From positions 92,878,001-92,942,000 of the forward strand of contig NC_087472.1 of NCBI RefSeq assembly GCF_036321535.1: a stretch of DNA of 64,000 nucleotides. The letters run 5' to 3'. Made by a program: the position numbers and the translations under genes. Positions within the stretch are counted from its first letter, which is position 1. Every line of letters starts with the position of its first letter. This DNA is from Camelus dromedarius. Lineage: Eukaryota. The notes beneath the pieces are model-generated. The model was not told the origin of the DNA, ran no database searches, and worked only from the letters and a program-made list of their open reading frames with translations. Shown here piece after piece: positions 13,441 through 25,749 of the stretch.

Positions 13441-15771
13441 AAAAAGTTAAGACTTTTCACAGATATTTAACTTTCTGTATTTGCCTGTGAAGTCTTCGTG
13501 ACTTTGATTAAATGCATACCTAAGCATTGTTTCACAGTGATCTATGATCCTATGTGATCGAGTGTTTTAAAAACTTTTGATATTCTTGACAAAATTCCCA
13601 AAAATCAAATTCTAAATGCAGCCTTACTTTCCTGGCCTTATAAAATACAGACATTAAACTAACCAGGCTCCTTTGATATGTTGAATTACATGGCAAGCAT
13701 GGTCAAACAGATGATGATAAACTTTCTTAGGTTATACTGTATGGGTAAATATTATAAATGTTCCAGAAAATATATGAAATTCCTGCAATTTAAGTATGTC
13801 TTATTATCTAGTTACTACTGTAAAACGTTGTGTGTCACAGAAATAACCAAATTCCCCTGTCAATCCCATTATAATAAACTTTAAGATTCTCAGTTGTGGA
13901 CATTTTTTAAAGCTTTCTGTCATTTACAGAAAATTATTGTTTTACTCTGATGCTTTTATAAATATGTTTCATCTTCATGGAAAGGACTCTGTCACTTACT
14001 CCAGAGTACAGGTTTCTGATAAACTTTCACATCATACCACTGAACTAAGAATTTACAGAATTCTAACAAAGGAACTGATGGTTTCTTAAACAGCTAACAA
14101 AACATCAAGATCGAGAATTGCATGGAAAAAAAAGAATTCCACGGGACTGAATGAACTGATGAGGATGACTGTAATCTTTATGACTTTTTGTTTTAAACAC
14201 TGCTCACTCTTTTATGTTTTGCTCTTCCAGATCTAAGGAAACCTCTTCTCTCAAGCAAATTGCTTGCAGTAATTTGATAAAGTATGCCTTTGTAAACAAA
14301 GATGAAACATTTATTTTTTTCTCCCTACTGGATCCCACCAGAACTCAGAAACTCTTGGTATTTTGTTTTCATAGCAATGTGGTTATTTGCACAAGGTCAA
14401 TAATAATGTGTTCTTATAATTAGAAACACTGTTTATATTACCAAGGCTTTGGCTGGAATGTCCTATTTGAGAGAGACATGCATAGACTCAGATATGACCA
14501 TACAGCCTTAAGGAAGACTGACTTTACGGAGCCAATAAAAACCCTTGGAAAATCCACCCAGTACCTTGTTTATAGGATTGCCAGCAACCTTAACAGGTGA
14601 GAAAAGAAGATCACTTCCCGGCGGGTCCAAGAACTTCAAGATACTTGGGGGAACTCAAGAAGAGAGGAATTCACCCAAATCTATAGGTATTCCAGGTGAA
14701 GACTAATAGCAAGTCCTTGGCGTGGATTTCCTGGAGAGGCCTTTAAAAGTTTAATCTGAGATTCCTTATGAAAAGTTCCAGTAAAGTAGATTTAAAAGAG
14801 CCTATAAGATTCTTGTTGTACTTATGTAAATAATCAGGCCAAGTTTATGGAAACTAGACTTATTTTGAAAACAGAGTAGTTTTTATTTGGCTATCTTTGG
14901 TAGAAATGAGGGTGATTTTAGAGAGAAAAATTGTTTCAGTAATATATCTTTGTGGATATTAGATTCTCGTGCTATTCACTGTCTTTGAGATTTTGATATT
15001 TACCTATAAAATGGACTAGATCATTCTTCCAGTTCCCTCCAATATCTGGCTATGACTCTCTAAACTAATGTTTTGTTTTTCTCCCATCCTTTTGACTTGG
15101 AATCACTGAGAACTAAAACTGCCCTTTTCCCAAAGCCATGCAAGCCAAAATTAGACAACTTGATAAAAACTTGAGAAATCACCATAAACAGCTCAGGTAC
15201 AGATAATTTTTATGCCTGCTGCTTTATGAACAACTCATACCTAAACACCTAATGACATCATCAGAGACACTTCAAACTACAGAAGAGGCTTTGATCCTGA
15301 CACCTAGAAATCTTCTTCAGCTGGCTCCCCTCCGGACTTGGTGCCTTATTGTGATCTGGACTGCAACTACTTAAATTAATCATTGTTCTAATTTGTTCTC
15401 TGTTTGTTGTTTTTAAATTGTTTATGCTTTTATCTCTCACTGCTGTAACATGACACCCTCCACAGGAATAATGATAGCTTGATATCTGGAAATGATTGAC
15501 TACTCCTGTGAGAGTCCTCCTAATGAAGATCCAGGAATTTCTATTCTGACCACCACCTAAGACTCACTTCCAAGATGGCTCCTTACTACTCAAATGTGGC
15601 CATAAACTCTCTAAAAGCATACCTCTCACAAAACCACCTTTTTCCCTCGTCCATGGGACATGACTCTCTGGGAATGAGACTTCCCAGCACCAAGTAAGTC
15701 AATGCTGATGCCAAATAACCAAATTGATCATAGATGCTTTCCAAAGGAAGATCTCCATTAAAAGGGAGAAA
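13441..15771 (+). mobile_element. ERV1 internal sequence, right part, ending in a polypurine tract
   Basis: Continues the 7016-8130 segment. The PPT aaaagggagaaa lies directly before the TG at 15772. Confidence 0.7.
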
Positions 15772-16172
15772 TGTAAAAGGAAAATCAAAATGGAGTTAGT
15801 ATTGCTAATAAGCGAGCTCTCTAAAATGGAATCAGGAGGCCATTTAGGAAGTATGGCTTATGCACATGTCAGTCTGGATAGAAAATGACCTTTGACCACC
15901 CACTGTCCTACCCAAGATACTTAACAAACCCTTACCCTAAAATAACTTGTGATTCCTTTAGGACAAATGTCTCCTGACTTGCATCAGACTCAATCACAAT
16001 TCTCACCAGGCAACTTTAACAACCATGTGGCTTTTGTCTAAGCCCCTGGCTTTTTCTCTTCCCCGGAACACTCTAGGTTTTACCAGATTCTGTGTCTCCC
16101 AAATTACAACTCTCAAGACCCCAAATAAGGGTATTTGTTTCCTGCAGCCTCGATACTGGTTACTGTTCAACA
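15772..16172 (+). mobile_element. 3' LTR of ERV1 remnant
   Basis: TG...CA termini, preceded by a PPT, with a polyA-like signal near 16123. Confidence 0.75.
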
Positions 16173-16559
16173 ATCCATCAAGTCCATATTAGTAAAAATC
16201 TCTTAAAACCATTCCCTTTCTAGCTTCAACAGTGTCTCCAAGCTCATCTTTTAATTTCCTGCATTGAAATTAACTCATTGTTATTTCTCTTTGGGGACTA
16301 CATTTTTAGCTGTTTCTCTACCTGCAACCATTCCCTTTCCTCTTCCAGCCATCCTTGACTCTAACATGTCATATTTCCTATCACTATTTCTAACAAGTTT
16401 CTGGACCAGCTCACTTTAGCACAGGCCTGGAATAAAGTAGCACTTAAGAAACAGTTTGTTGAATGAATGACTCAGCATTTTGAATATCTATACAACATAA
16501 AGTATGTTGGACAAAGTCCATCTTTGTTCAACATATTAGAGAAGGACAATTTTTATGAG

Positions 16560-16760
16560 TGTTTCCTTACTGTCAAGGATATGTCAAGCACTTAGGTTTC
16601 TTCACTTAATCCTCTTAGTTACTCTGAGAGAGAATGAATATCATTTTATAAAAATGCACAACAGACACAGAGAAGTTAAGTAACCAGTTCACTGGTGTAA
16701 TACAAAGAACTTCAGTTCCAGATCTGTTTTACAACAAATCTCGTGACTATACCATATTGT
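16560..16760 (-). mobile_element. MIR SINE fragment
   Basis: MIR core-like sequence acagacacagagaagttaagtaacc. Confidence 0.6.
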
Positions 16761-18436
16761 CCCTATTACACAGCATATTGAAGACCTCGGCAACCAAAGG
16801 ACTTCATGATAGGCAGTAACTAGTTTCCAAAGCAAGCATTTGCCAAAAGAGATCTTCAACTAGCAGGAATAGGGTACCCTGAGAGTGGGATGGATTATGA
16901 CTATTTGGAATCTAAGACTAAGGACTTATGACACTAAGTCAATCATCCAAAACACATTTATTGGCTACAGCTACTCCAATTCATATACAAAGTTAGGAAC
17001 ACAAAACTGAGTAAGAAAACAGTTCTTGTGGATACCCAACCTGGAATCCAGTAGCTCTGACAAGGAACGGCTAGAAAGAAACCCCTTCAAGAATTTCCAT
17101 AGCTACTCACAAGCCATCTGAAATATGCAATTTAGGTAAAAATAGTGATTGCAGGTCTTTGAGGCAACTTGCTTTCCTCCCATATTCAAACAGCTTCCCA
17201 AGCATCACCTACATACAAAGAAATTCTAAGACTGCAACTGCTTAAGGTTGAGGTCAAAGTATCAATGACCAGAAGAGGAGGAGGCACCAGGAAAATGTTC
17301 AGAACCAGGCATATGGGGAAACCAGAAAGGTATGGAATTATGGACAAGGAGGCAATAAATACCTGTTGTCAGTAACAAGAGGGAATTACAGTTACTAGCA
17401 TTAGGGCAAAAGGTTCAAATCAAGTAGGCAGCTGTAGATGAGGACCTAAGCAAAAAACACAGGTGAGGCAATGTTGCCTGCCAAAGCTGTCCATGCTGTA
17501 TTACTTTTCTTCAACAAGAAGTTTTGTTTTAGTTTAGAGTTGCAGTACAAACCCACGAAACATGAGATTTATACTTAAGATTCAGGCAGACCCAGTTTGT
17601 GACCTATTTTACAAAGATTATTTTACAGGGTAACAGCATTATAAATCTAGGTAAGAAGCTAATTAGTCACCATAACTATCTTGGGCAGTAGGCACTGTAT
17701 ATTTCCCAAGTGTATTTTTTATAAAGGTAATTCAAAAGATATCATAGCCCAAGAATGATTCCATTCACTCCAATTTTTTTAAATGACCATCTTGAAAATA
17801 AGTGTGCATTTCTTCAATATTTATACTGAATTTTAAATTATGCCTAAAAGTAGAACTGACAAGTCATTAGAAGTAGCAAGTATCTTTATGCTACAATAAA
17901 ACTATCTAATTCAAGATGCAAATTGTTAACATACAGCACACTTAGAAAACCACTGTTAGATAAATAAGTAGTACTGGTAAAACTTTGCCCCCAACACATG
18001 AATGGAATTAAATCTACTTTCTCTTACAAAAGCATAATGACTGGAGAAAAATCACAAACATATCCACCAATATCAAACAGCAATTTCTTAAGGGTCTATA
18101 ACTAACGAAGCCAGGTGACAGCAATTATACAAATTAGTATTGCCTGCTTGATAGAAAGTTTTCACTAAAAACAGCTGATTTTTCAAAAGGGTACCTTTTT
18201 AAAACAAACTTAAAACAACAGGACAGAAGAAATTGCCTTTTTTTCCAAATTAGAAAATTTTTGTGTCTGTGTGGGTGTGTGTATTCCTTCATACTTTGCT
18301 ACTTTTTCTGGCCTTAATATAGTGCTAAGTACAGAACAATAAATTCAGCTTACAAAACAACAAACCATTAAAAAAAAAAAACTACCCACTAATAAACTTT
18401 CTTTTGTACTTTGGAAGTAGTAGATTAATTAATTAC

Positions 18437-18791
18437 CCTCTTAGAAATCCAACTCATCTCTCTTCTTCGCCACGTTTTCTTCTTGGGTCTCTTCCTTGAC
18501 AATCTTAAAATATCCAAAAAATTATTTCTCCATATCCATTATATTTAGTAGACAGTTAAATTATTTCCACTAGCCCAATTTACAAATAAGTCGTGTCCAC
18601 TGTTTTCAGCAAGATCTAAATCCACACAGGCAAGCACTGGGCTACGAGGATGTATCTGTACAGAATTCTTCACTGGATATCCTGGAACACCACAAAGAAG
18701 CATTTCTTTGCGTGTAATGCATTCCCTTTCAATTTGTGAGGTACCAGAGCCTAGAGGGGCACAGGAACCCAGGCTCGCAGCAAGACGCCAT
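18437..18791 (-). pseudogene. Probable first coding exon of damaged gene C
   Basis: ATG at 18791 in ggtATGG context. Reads MASCCEPGFLCPSRLWYLT (fs) QIERECITRKEMLLCGVPGYPVKNSVQIHPRSPVLACVDLDLAENSGHDLFVNWASGNNLTVY (fs) KYNGYGEIIF (fs) GYFKIVKEETQEENVAKKRDELDF*E. Donor GAGG|gtaatt, phase 1. Confidence 0.55.
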
Positions 18792-18870
18792 ACCTACATT
18801 TTTGAACCGTCTGCAAGGCAAACGCTCGAATCCGCTGAGGTGAGCCAGGGAGAGCACGGGAAACATGGGA

Positions 18871-18950
18871 GGGCGTTGGCCTGCGTGGGTCTGCGTGCAC
18901 CTGCGTGGGTCTGCGTGCGCCTGCGTGGGCCAGCGTGAGTCTGCGTGTGA
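18871..18950 (+). repeat. 10-bp-period tandem array of ctGCGTGnnn
   Basis: Seven GCGTG copies at exact 10-bp spacing (18881-18950), plus one degenerate unit at 18871. Confidence 0.95.
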
Positions 18951-19001
18951 AGCACGGACGAATGTAGGCAATCACCGGGAGAGTGCGTTCTTGCTCCACA
19001 G

Positions 19002-19052
19002 CTGCCGCCACTCGATTTTTTTTCGCATTCCCTCCCACTTCTACATTTGCAG
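19002..19052 (+). ncRNA. Candidate small exon of a plus-strand divergent lncRNA
   Basis: Acceptor ttcttgctccacag|, donor GCAG|gtatgt. A 162-nt intron would run from the donor at 18840. Confidence 0.45.
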
Positions 19053-19138
19053 GTATGTGAATGATCTTATTCGTCATTAATCTCAGGAAAAGTACTTTTT
19101 CAAATGATTTTTGTTGTTTCTAAAGTATCACTTACAAA

Positions 19139-19274
19139 TAGGGTTGCCATGTTTCGGAAATAACAATACAGGACCCCCAGTGTAAATTAGTATTTCAAGA
19201 AATAAAACAATTTATTTAGTGTGAGGTTTTTTTTTTTTTCATCTCGCCGTCCTATATTTTATCTGGCAGCGCTA
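19139..19274. mobile_element. MER53-like hAT MITE with internal deletion
   Basis: Terminal inverted repeats tagggttgcca...aatacaggac and gtcctatattttatctggcagcgcta. Confidence 0.8.
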
Positions 19275-20944
19275 CTTATCAAGTAAGGGTTTTTTTTTGA
19301 AAAGCATAGCTATCGTAACTAAAAAAAACCTTGCTTGGGAACAGTGTGTCAGGGTCTTGGTTGACTCCATTGCCTTACAGTTTCAGTGGTCTGTCAGTCA
19401 GCGACGCCCAGCCACAAGCCTGTATTTGTAGTACGTATTTGTGCAGTGAGGTACTGTTACCTGTGCTTTACCAGAGGACATGCATAGTTTTTAAAATGTA
19501 TTCTAATAAATGTTTAACTGGGTCTAGTTCATTGGATTAAATAGATACTTTGTCCCTAAATGAAATGTCTCTAAAAAGCAAGTGGGAATGGGTACATATT
19601 CATTCCATATAGTTTTACTGACACGAATGAAACCGTCTGAAGACCTGATTGAGAGTCTAGCAAATGACCTGCAGCTCAGCTCCTCCCTTGTACACGGGAA
19701 GCCCCTGGGAGTTGCTTGGTTCACCTTCCAATAGCTGCAATCTTGTGTCATAGCAACAAGCCTGACAGGTGCAGTTTTCTGAGTTCTGAGCAAAAGTTCA
19801 TTTAATCTTTCTGATTCAGTACTGAATCAGGGCAGAACGTAGCTTACAGGTGATGCACATGTGGGGAGAAGAGGGTTTTGAGGCAGGGACAATAGACAAT
19901 CTTAGATGAACTCCACAGAAAAGGGTAGAAAAACCACAGGAAGTCAAAGACAAGCAGTACCATTGTTCACACTTAAAAGATTAAACCTCGGGGATGACTG
20001 GACAAAGTCAGCAATATGGAATCATCTTGGGGGAGATCAAAAAGGAAATTCAGAAGAGCTAAAAGAGACATGGTAACCACATGTCACCAATGCAAGCCAA
20101 GGATGGTTAGACAGAAATAGCCCCCTGCAGATATTTTTGACAGTCACTCCAAATAAAATCCTATTCTCTGAAGCCACAATGCAGTCTTTACTCTTGCCAT
20201 ATTCTCCCAAATCACAGTACTTGCATATATATATATGGAAATTGGAAGTATTTTCTTTCATGTTCAAAAATTTTAAAAGGTACATTTTTAGAAGTATGAT
20301 AGTTCAACTCAAAGCACAATTGAATTTGGGGGGACAGTTACCATGCAAAAATCAAGGTGTTCCCTGTGTATTTATACTTTTGTTTTAAAATTTAGTTACA
20401 TTTCAATTTGTTGTCTTTTCTGTTGTTACAGAAAAAACAGGAAAGATGACTATAATTATGCATACTTTGCAACGATTAGGCATTTAATATGCAGTAAGAT
20501 ATTTGCTAGGGAAGTATGTATATGGTAAGAACAGAGAGCAGGCTCCAGGGTTATGTCAAGCTGCAAAGTGATATGTATGCGAATGAATTCCCAGGCTCAT
20601 TAATCATTTTTATACTTGAAGTGCTAAACTGCTAATGTTACACTGAGAGTGAAAATGAAGTAATTAAGGAGTTTAATAGCTACAGTCTTTTGAGGAGAAA
20701 ACAAGTTGATAATGCTTCTTTTAATATGTTACATAAATTGGGTTTTTTGTTAAATTACAAAAACCAGGTTCATCTGTTGTGCAGCTTCGAATGACACAAA
20801 TCATTTGATTGTATTTGTTTATGAGGTCAATAGATGGCTATGTGAAGGCAGTTCACTAAACTAGCACATTTATAAGAGGAAGTCTGTGTTACCAAGAACA
20901 CAAAAACACCTATCAGGTTCTCACCTTTTTCCCTTTGATCTTTT

Positions 20945-21222
20945 AAAGCACTCCTCAAATTATCTGTGATGAAAGGCCAGTTTTTTTTCCTTTGTTCTCA
21001 GGTCACCACAGATAAGTTCTTTTGTAAAACACAATACCAGTTACTTGAAAAGGGAAACCAAAAGACACAGAAAAGACTAGCCTGTTTTTAAATTACTGGA
21101 GTCTACATACGTCACATTACTCAGTTACATTTCTACAAAAGTTTCTAACAGCCTAACTTCGATTACCCCCGTCCCAGACCCAGAAATAGTGTGAGGACTC
21201 GCACATTGAGACTCACTGGTCT
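20945..21222. mobile_element. hAT-Charlie-type DNA transposon remnant
   Basis: Ends in cactggtcta, a typical hAT-Charlie terminus. Family not resolved. Confidence 0.45.
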
Positions 21223-21529
21223 AAAAGCAAAAGGGGTTTGGTCATACACTGACACCATTTCACATCAGGGCTGCATGCTCAGGTCACTTGCAGGCTAGAG
21301 ACATCAGTGAGGAGCTGATACCCTGTGTAGTCCTCCTGCCACCCTTATGAAGGACTGTGGACTTGTCTGGGTAGGGTAAGAACCCCCCATGGATAAGCAT
21401 CTCTATTGGGTCCCTTTCATTGGAATTGGCTTCTTTCTTGTTTAATAACTCTAAATACAGTTTCCCCATCCCTTTCCTTTTTTTTTTTTTTCTTCTTCCA
21501 TTTTGGAGGCATTTTCATGCAGTTAAAAA

Positions 21530-21730
21530 ACAGTGACCTTGGAGATGGACAGAAATGAGTTTAAATCGTGACACTGCTACATTCTGAATATGAGAAGGCA
21601 GGTCAGGAATTCAATCCTGCTAAGTCAGGATTTCTTACCTGTAAAATGGCAACAATATTATCCTTCATACAGTATGAATGAGATTCTGAAATTAGGTAAA
21701 AGAGCATAGTAGGTACTCATCAAATGCTGC
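21530..21730 (+). mobile_element. MIR SINE
   Basis: tttcttacctgtaaaatgg core, ending gtaggtactcatcaaatgct. Confidence 0.65.
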
Positions 21731-23119
21731 TCACCTCCTCAGTTCCTTCCTCTTCTGGTTATTTTTCAGTGTCTAAGAGAGAAAGCTGCACTGTTATATA
21801 TGAAAGTGAATGTATTAGTAATTATGCTCGCAGTTATAAACATGACTCTGCTCAGAAAATTAAATAAATAAAGCCAATCAATCAACCAACAAACCAGGTA
21901 AACAACTGACATTACTAAATCTTTTTCCGTCTCCCAGGTAACAGTCCTATGCTCCACAGTGGCCCAAGCCAGAGTCCTGGGAGTCAGACTCACACATACC
22001 CCAATTCCAGATGTCACCAGTGGCATAAATTATTCCCCCCAAATGGTTGTCACATCCATTTCTTCACTTTTGCCCCCCAGCCACTACTTCATTTCTTTTC
22101 TGAGGGTTTGAAACTGATCCTCCTGTATCTTTTCCTAAATCCATGCAATCGATCATTTTCAACATTGCTATCAGAAGGCTCTTTGTAAAATAAAAACCTC
22201 CTGAAGTCAGTCTCCTGCTTGAAACTTTCCCCAGAGCCTCACTCACTGTGACCTACTGGGAAGAGTTCAGAAGCCTAACATTTGGACTGATATAGCTGTT
22301 ACAGTTCTTAAATAGTTAAACACTTTCCAAATTAGTTGGTAAATAACAGCTCCCCTAGATCCAGGCCATGCAGGTCATGCCCAAGACACCTTCCCCAGGT
22401 CCTGCCATCCTCCAGCATCTTTAGATGACTCTTGGTAGAGCATAGGAAGGGACCACTCACCCTCCAACAGAGCTTTCCTGGTAGGTGATATCCCAGTCTT
22501 AACAGTTGGAAATTATTTTGAATCTCTCTCCTGCTTGTATGAGTCCTTCACTAGCTAGTCTTGGACTACTTTTCTGTTTTCCAGCAGAAAAAGAGATGTA
22601 TGATCCTTTTCCCTGTCCTTTTGGCACATGCTGTTGCACTAACAAGCATGTAGCACAATTTGACTATATCATAAAGTGAATATTTGAAGATAAAGTCAGA
22701 TTTTTCATTCACCAAACTCAGAAGTGCACAGGTATAACAGATAATAATAATATAGAATATAGAATGTTCTTTGATCAGAATGTTTTATTGTAATATATCC
22801 AATGGGTATCCTGTGTGAATTGGTTTTCCTTTCTTATGCTCAACTCTATTCTATTTTGCCTATTAATACTCATTAATTCTTGTAGTTTTGTGATAGGAAT
22901 AATTGTTCATTTTATATTCCATCTCCTAGAGTTAGTATAGTAGGGGCTGGTGTTTTTACATCTAAACACAGAATATTATAATTATAAAAATCTACCCTAT
23001 TTAAAATATTTTTTCACTGTGATTAATTTAGTGTAAAATATATCATTAAGCCTTCTCAGTGATCCATTTAATTTCAAAATGACTTAATATAACAAATCCC
23101 CACTATGCAAAAATATTTG

Positions 23120-23455
23120 GAATTGAGCTTGACCTCAATCAATTAATAAATCCATCAGCATTTACTTGTCAATGCACATGTATATGAACTTTCATATCAT
23201 TAGCCAGACTTTGTTAAAGAAGTGCTAATTTTCTGTTTTCTTTTGAATGACACAGTTGTTATCCTCAACTAAATTTTATTTTCATGCATCAGTTGCATAT
23301 TAATCTTGAACATATGTATGGCACTCTGTGTGATTAGGTAGACTTTGTCAAAGAAATGCTAGAATTTTTCATTTTGTTTTAAAGACAAACTTGTCTTCCT
23401 CCATTGAATTTTAATTTTATGTATCAATTCCATATTTGACTTGAGATCTAGATGA
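23120..23455 (-). repeat. Diverged ~135-bp tandem repeat (about 2.5 copies), possibly coding
   Basis: attagccagactttgttaaagaagtgcta at 23199 matches attaggtagactttgtcaaagaaatgcta at 23333. The minus strand gives HFFDKVYLI and HFFNKVWLM about 45 codons apart. Confidence 0.7.
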
Positions 23456-24410
23456 CTGGTTTTCCTGTAAGATAGAAGCAGACTTAAACATAGGATACTT
23501 AAACCAATCTAGACTTGGAACTGAGTATAAATCATGGCACCTTTTTTGGTAATATAGAGCATTTTAGGATGGAAAGAGGCCAAGGTGTACATTTAGGTCT
23601 GGCCCATCTCTGAGTTATAAATATTATTATAGCCTACTCTTTCTCCCCAACCTCTTCTTGCCAAAACTATTTTTAAATTGTACTTGTAATACTTTCTTCT
23701 TTTGCTGGCATAGCTGACTTATTCTGTGTTATCCATTCCTAGTGTGATGAATCTCTTTATATTTCTTTGTGACTTTTCTTTGATATATGCTGGTAGTGTC
23801 TGCTGGCAGTTGACATTTGCTCAAATAGTTAGCATCACTTGTCATATCTGTTCCCTAAGAACTGTGCAGATATGAAATAATCCCTTCTTAATCTCTTCAT
23901 TCTCAAAATACATAGTTCTGAAATTTCCTGTTTTTTTCTGTACAACTGTGGTCTTGAATATACGTACTTTTAGTTACTCAATGTCCTGTCTGTCATTTCT
24001 AAAATAATAAATTTATAGTAAACCAAGTTGAATTTGAGGATTTCATATCTAATGTTCCATATCTTACTTCACCCTCTATTTCTTTCACCTAATATAAAAC
24101 TTGCCTTTTCTATTTTAGGGGAAAATCGCAGGGTCCTCAAGAATAAATATCTATATTCTTAATTCTTATTTAAAATACTTGGTATTTAATGACTAATTTT
24201 TCTAAGAACAGTGGAAGAGGAGAACAGATAGCAAATAGCCCTTAAATCTATTATAAAATCATAACACTAATAGATTTTTTGAAATAAATCAAAAGCATCT
24301 GAATACACTAGAGATGCATTATATATCTTTATATCCTGAGCATGACATGAGAAAATAGAAAAACTAGATCAATTAAATTTAGTTAAAACCCCATAATCCC
24401 CACCACCCCA

Positions 24411-24441
24411 TACACACACATACACACGCACACACACACAA
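24411..24441. repeat. Imperfect (CA)n microsatellite
   Basis: tacacacacatacacacgcacacacacaca. Confidence 0.85.
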
Positions 24442-25749
24442 ATACATCATCCTCACTGTGCTGTGGAATAGAAGTTTCATGAGTGAGATGTTACAGAGTG
24501 GTTTTCCTTCATATCAATATGAAAAAGCCAAACTGAAACAATGCAGGTAGAAATATTTCCCCTCCTTCCCATCTCTCCATCATCTAAAATTCAGAGCACT
24601 GATCCAGAGCATCTCTTCGTTTTTTCCTACCACATTTTTCCCTCTCTGGTTACTAAACAGTTAAATCCTTTGTTAATGCCTTAAAATGTCTTTACAAAGC
24701 CATAATATAATATAGAATACATTTTAAGAAAATATACTTAAAACTAACTGAGGAAAGTAACACTCATTTGGGGGACATAGGAATTCATTCAGCAAACTTT
24801 TCTGGAGCATCTATTAAGCGTCAGGCACTTCGCTCAATGCTGGACATACAAAAATACAAAACAGTATTTTCATCACCCAAGGAACTCCAGTCTTGCAAAA
24901 GAGAGACCTAAAATGGATAAATTAAAAGAGTGTTGTCCACTATAACAAAAATTCAGACAAAAAGTTTTGTCCTAGTATAAGTGAGGTAGATAAGTTTTAC
25001 TTCCCAAAACTCTATCCCTATGAGTTCTCTTCCCCAGAGTGCCAGAAGTTATAAAATCTTCATTCAGCCTCTCACCCACATGAAAACATTTGTGAACACC
25101 AAACTTCATCTTCTAGTTCAAGTTGACTCATGACCCTGAACTCCAGTTTCTTAGCTTTCTTAGATGTGTTTATTCTATTCTTACTTGTGTGCACAAAGTT
25201 CTAGCACAAGCAAGCACAAGATGAGAGGAGTGGCATTTAGATAAACAACAAAATTGTAGGTTTCAAATATCCAGCTGCCCTAATCATAAAGCCAGAATTG
25301 TCAGCGTTTTTATGCCCCTATGAGTATCAGACAGCTGATACTTACAAGCATTTGACTATTTTATTAAAGAAAGAAGTCCTTGAAATTTGAATATCAAACA
25401 CTATAGAAATTCCCATCTATTTAATACTTCTTAGCTCAAGTTCCCTTTATACTGGGAATCTCTCTATCCTTGTCCCTCAGCTTCAATTCTTCTCCCCTAT
25501 TGCCAGCCTATCTGGGCAAATGTTGCTAGAATAATTTAGGGAAGAAATACAGGCCAAGGTCACTAAATCTGAATTTCACTTGGAGTCACACAGAATGGAA
25601 AAGAAATGGCAAAAGTGAAATTTCAATATCTGTCTTTGTTACAGTGAAGAAAAATTAAGTGCAAACATCCTGAACTGTGAACCACCAAGAATTCACTTCT
25701 ACCTTTAGATGTTACAGATTTAAATGTACCAATATTACACATCCCATAT

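Larger units (their letters stand above)
18700..19080. promoter_or_regulatory. Small CpG-rich island, probable bidirectional promoter
   Basis: The most CpG-dense non-repeat patch in the window. Splice donors face outward on both strands: minus GTAG|gtatgg at 18793 and plus GAG|gtgagc at 18840. Confidence 0.7.

Noticed and set aside
18751..18793. GT-AG intron on the minus strand
   Set aside because: At 43 nt it is too short for a normal mammalian intron. The two sites may still be used separately.
18871..18950. CRISPR-like array
   Set aside because: The units are contiguous 10-bp repeats with no unique spacers, in a mammalian context.
18708..19080. Four overlapping ORFs in the CpG island as real proteins
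   Set aside because: GC richness and the tandem array suppress stop codons. Only the MASCC... portion fits the fossil exon model.
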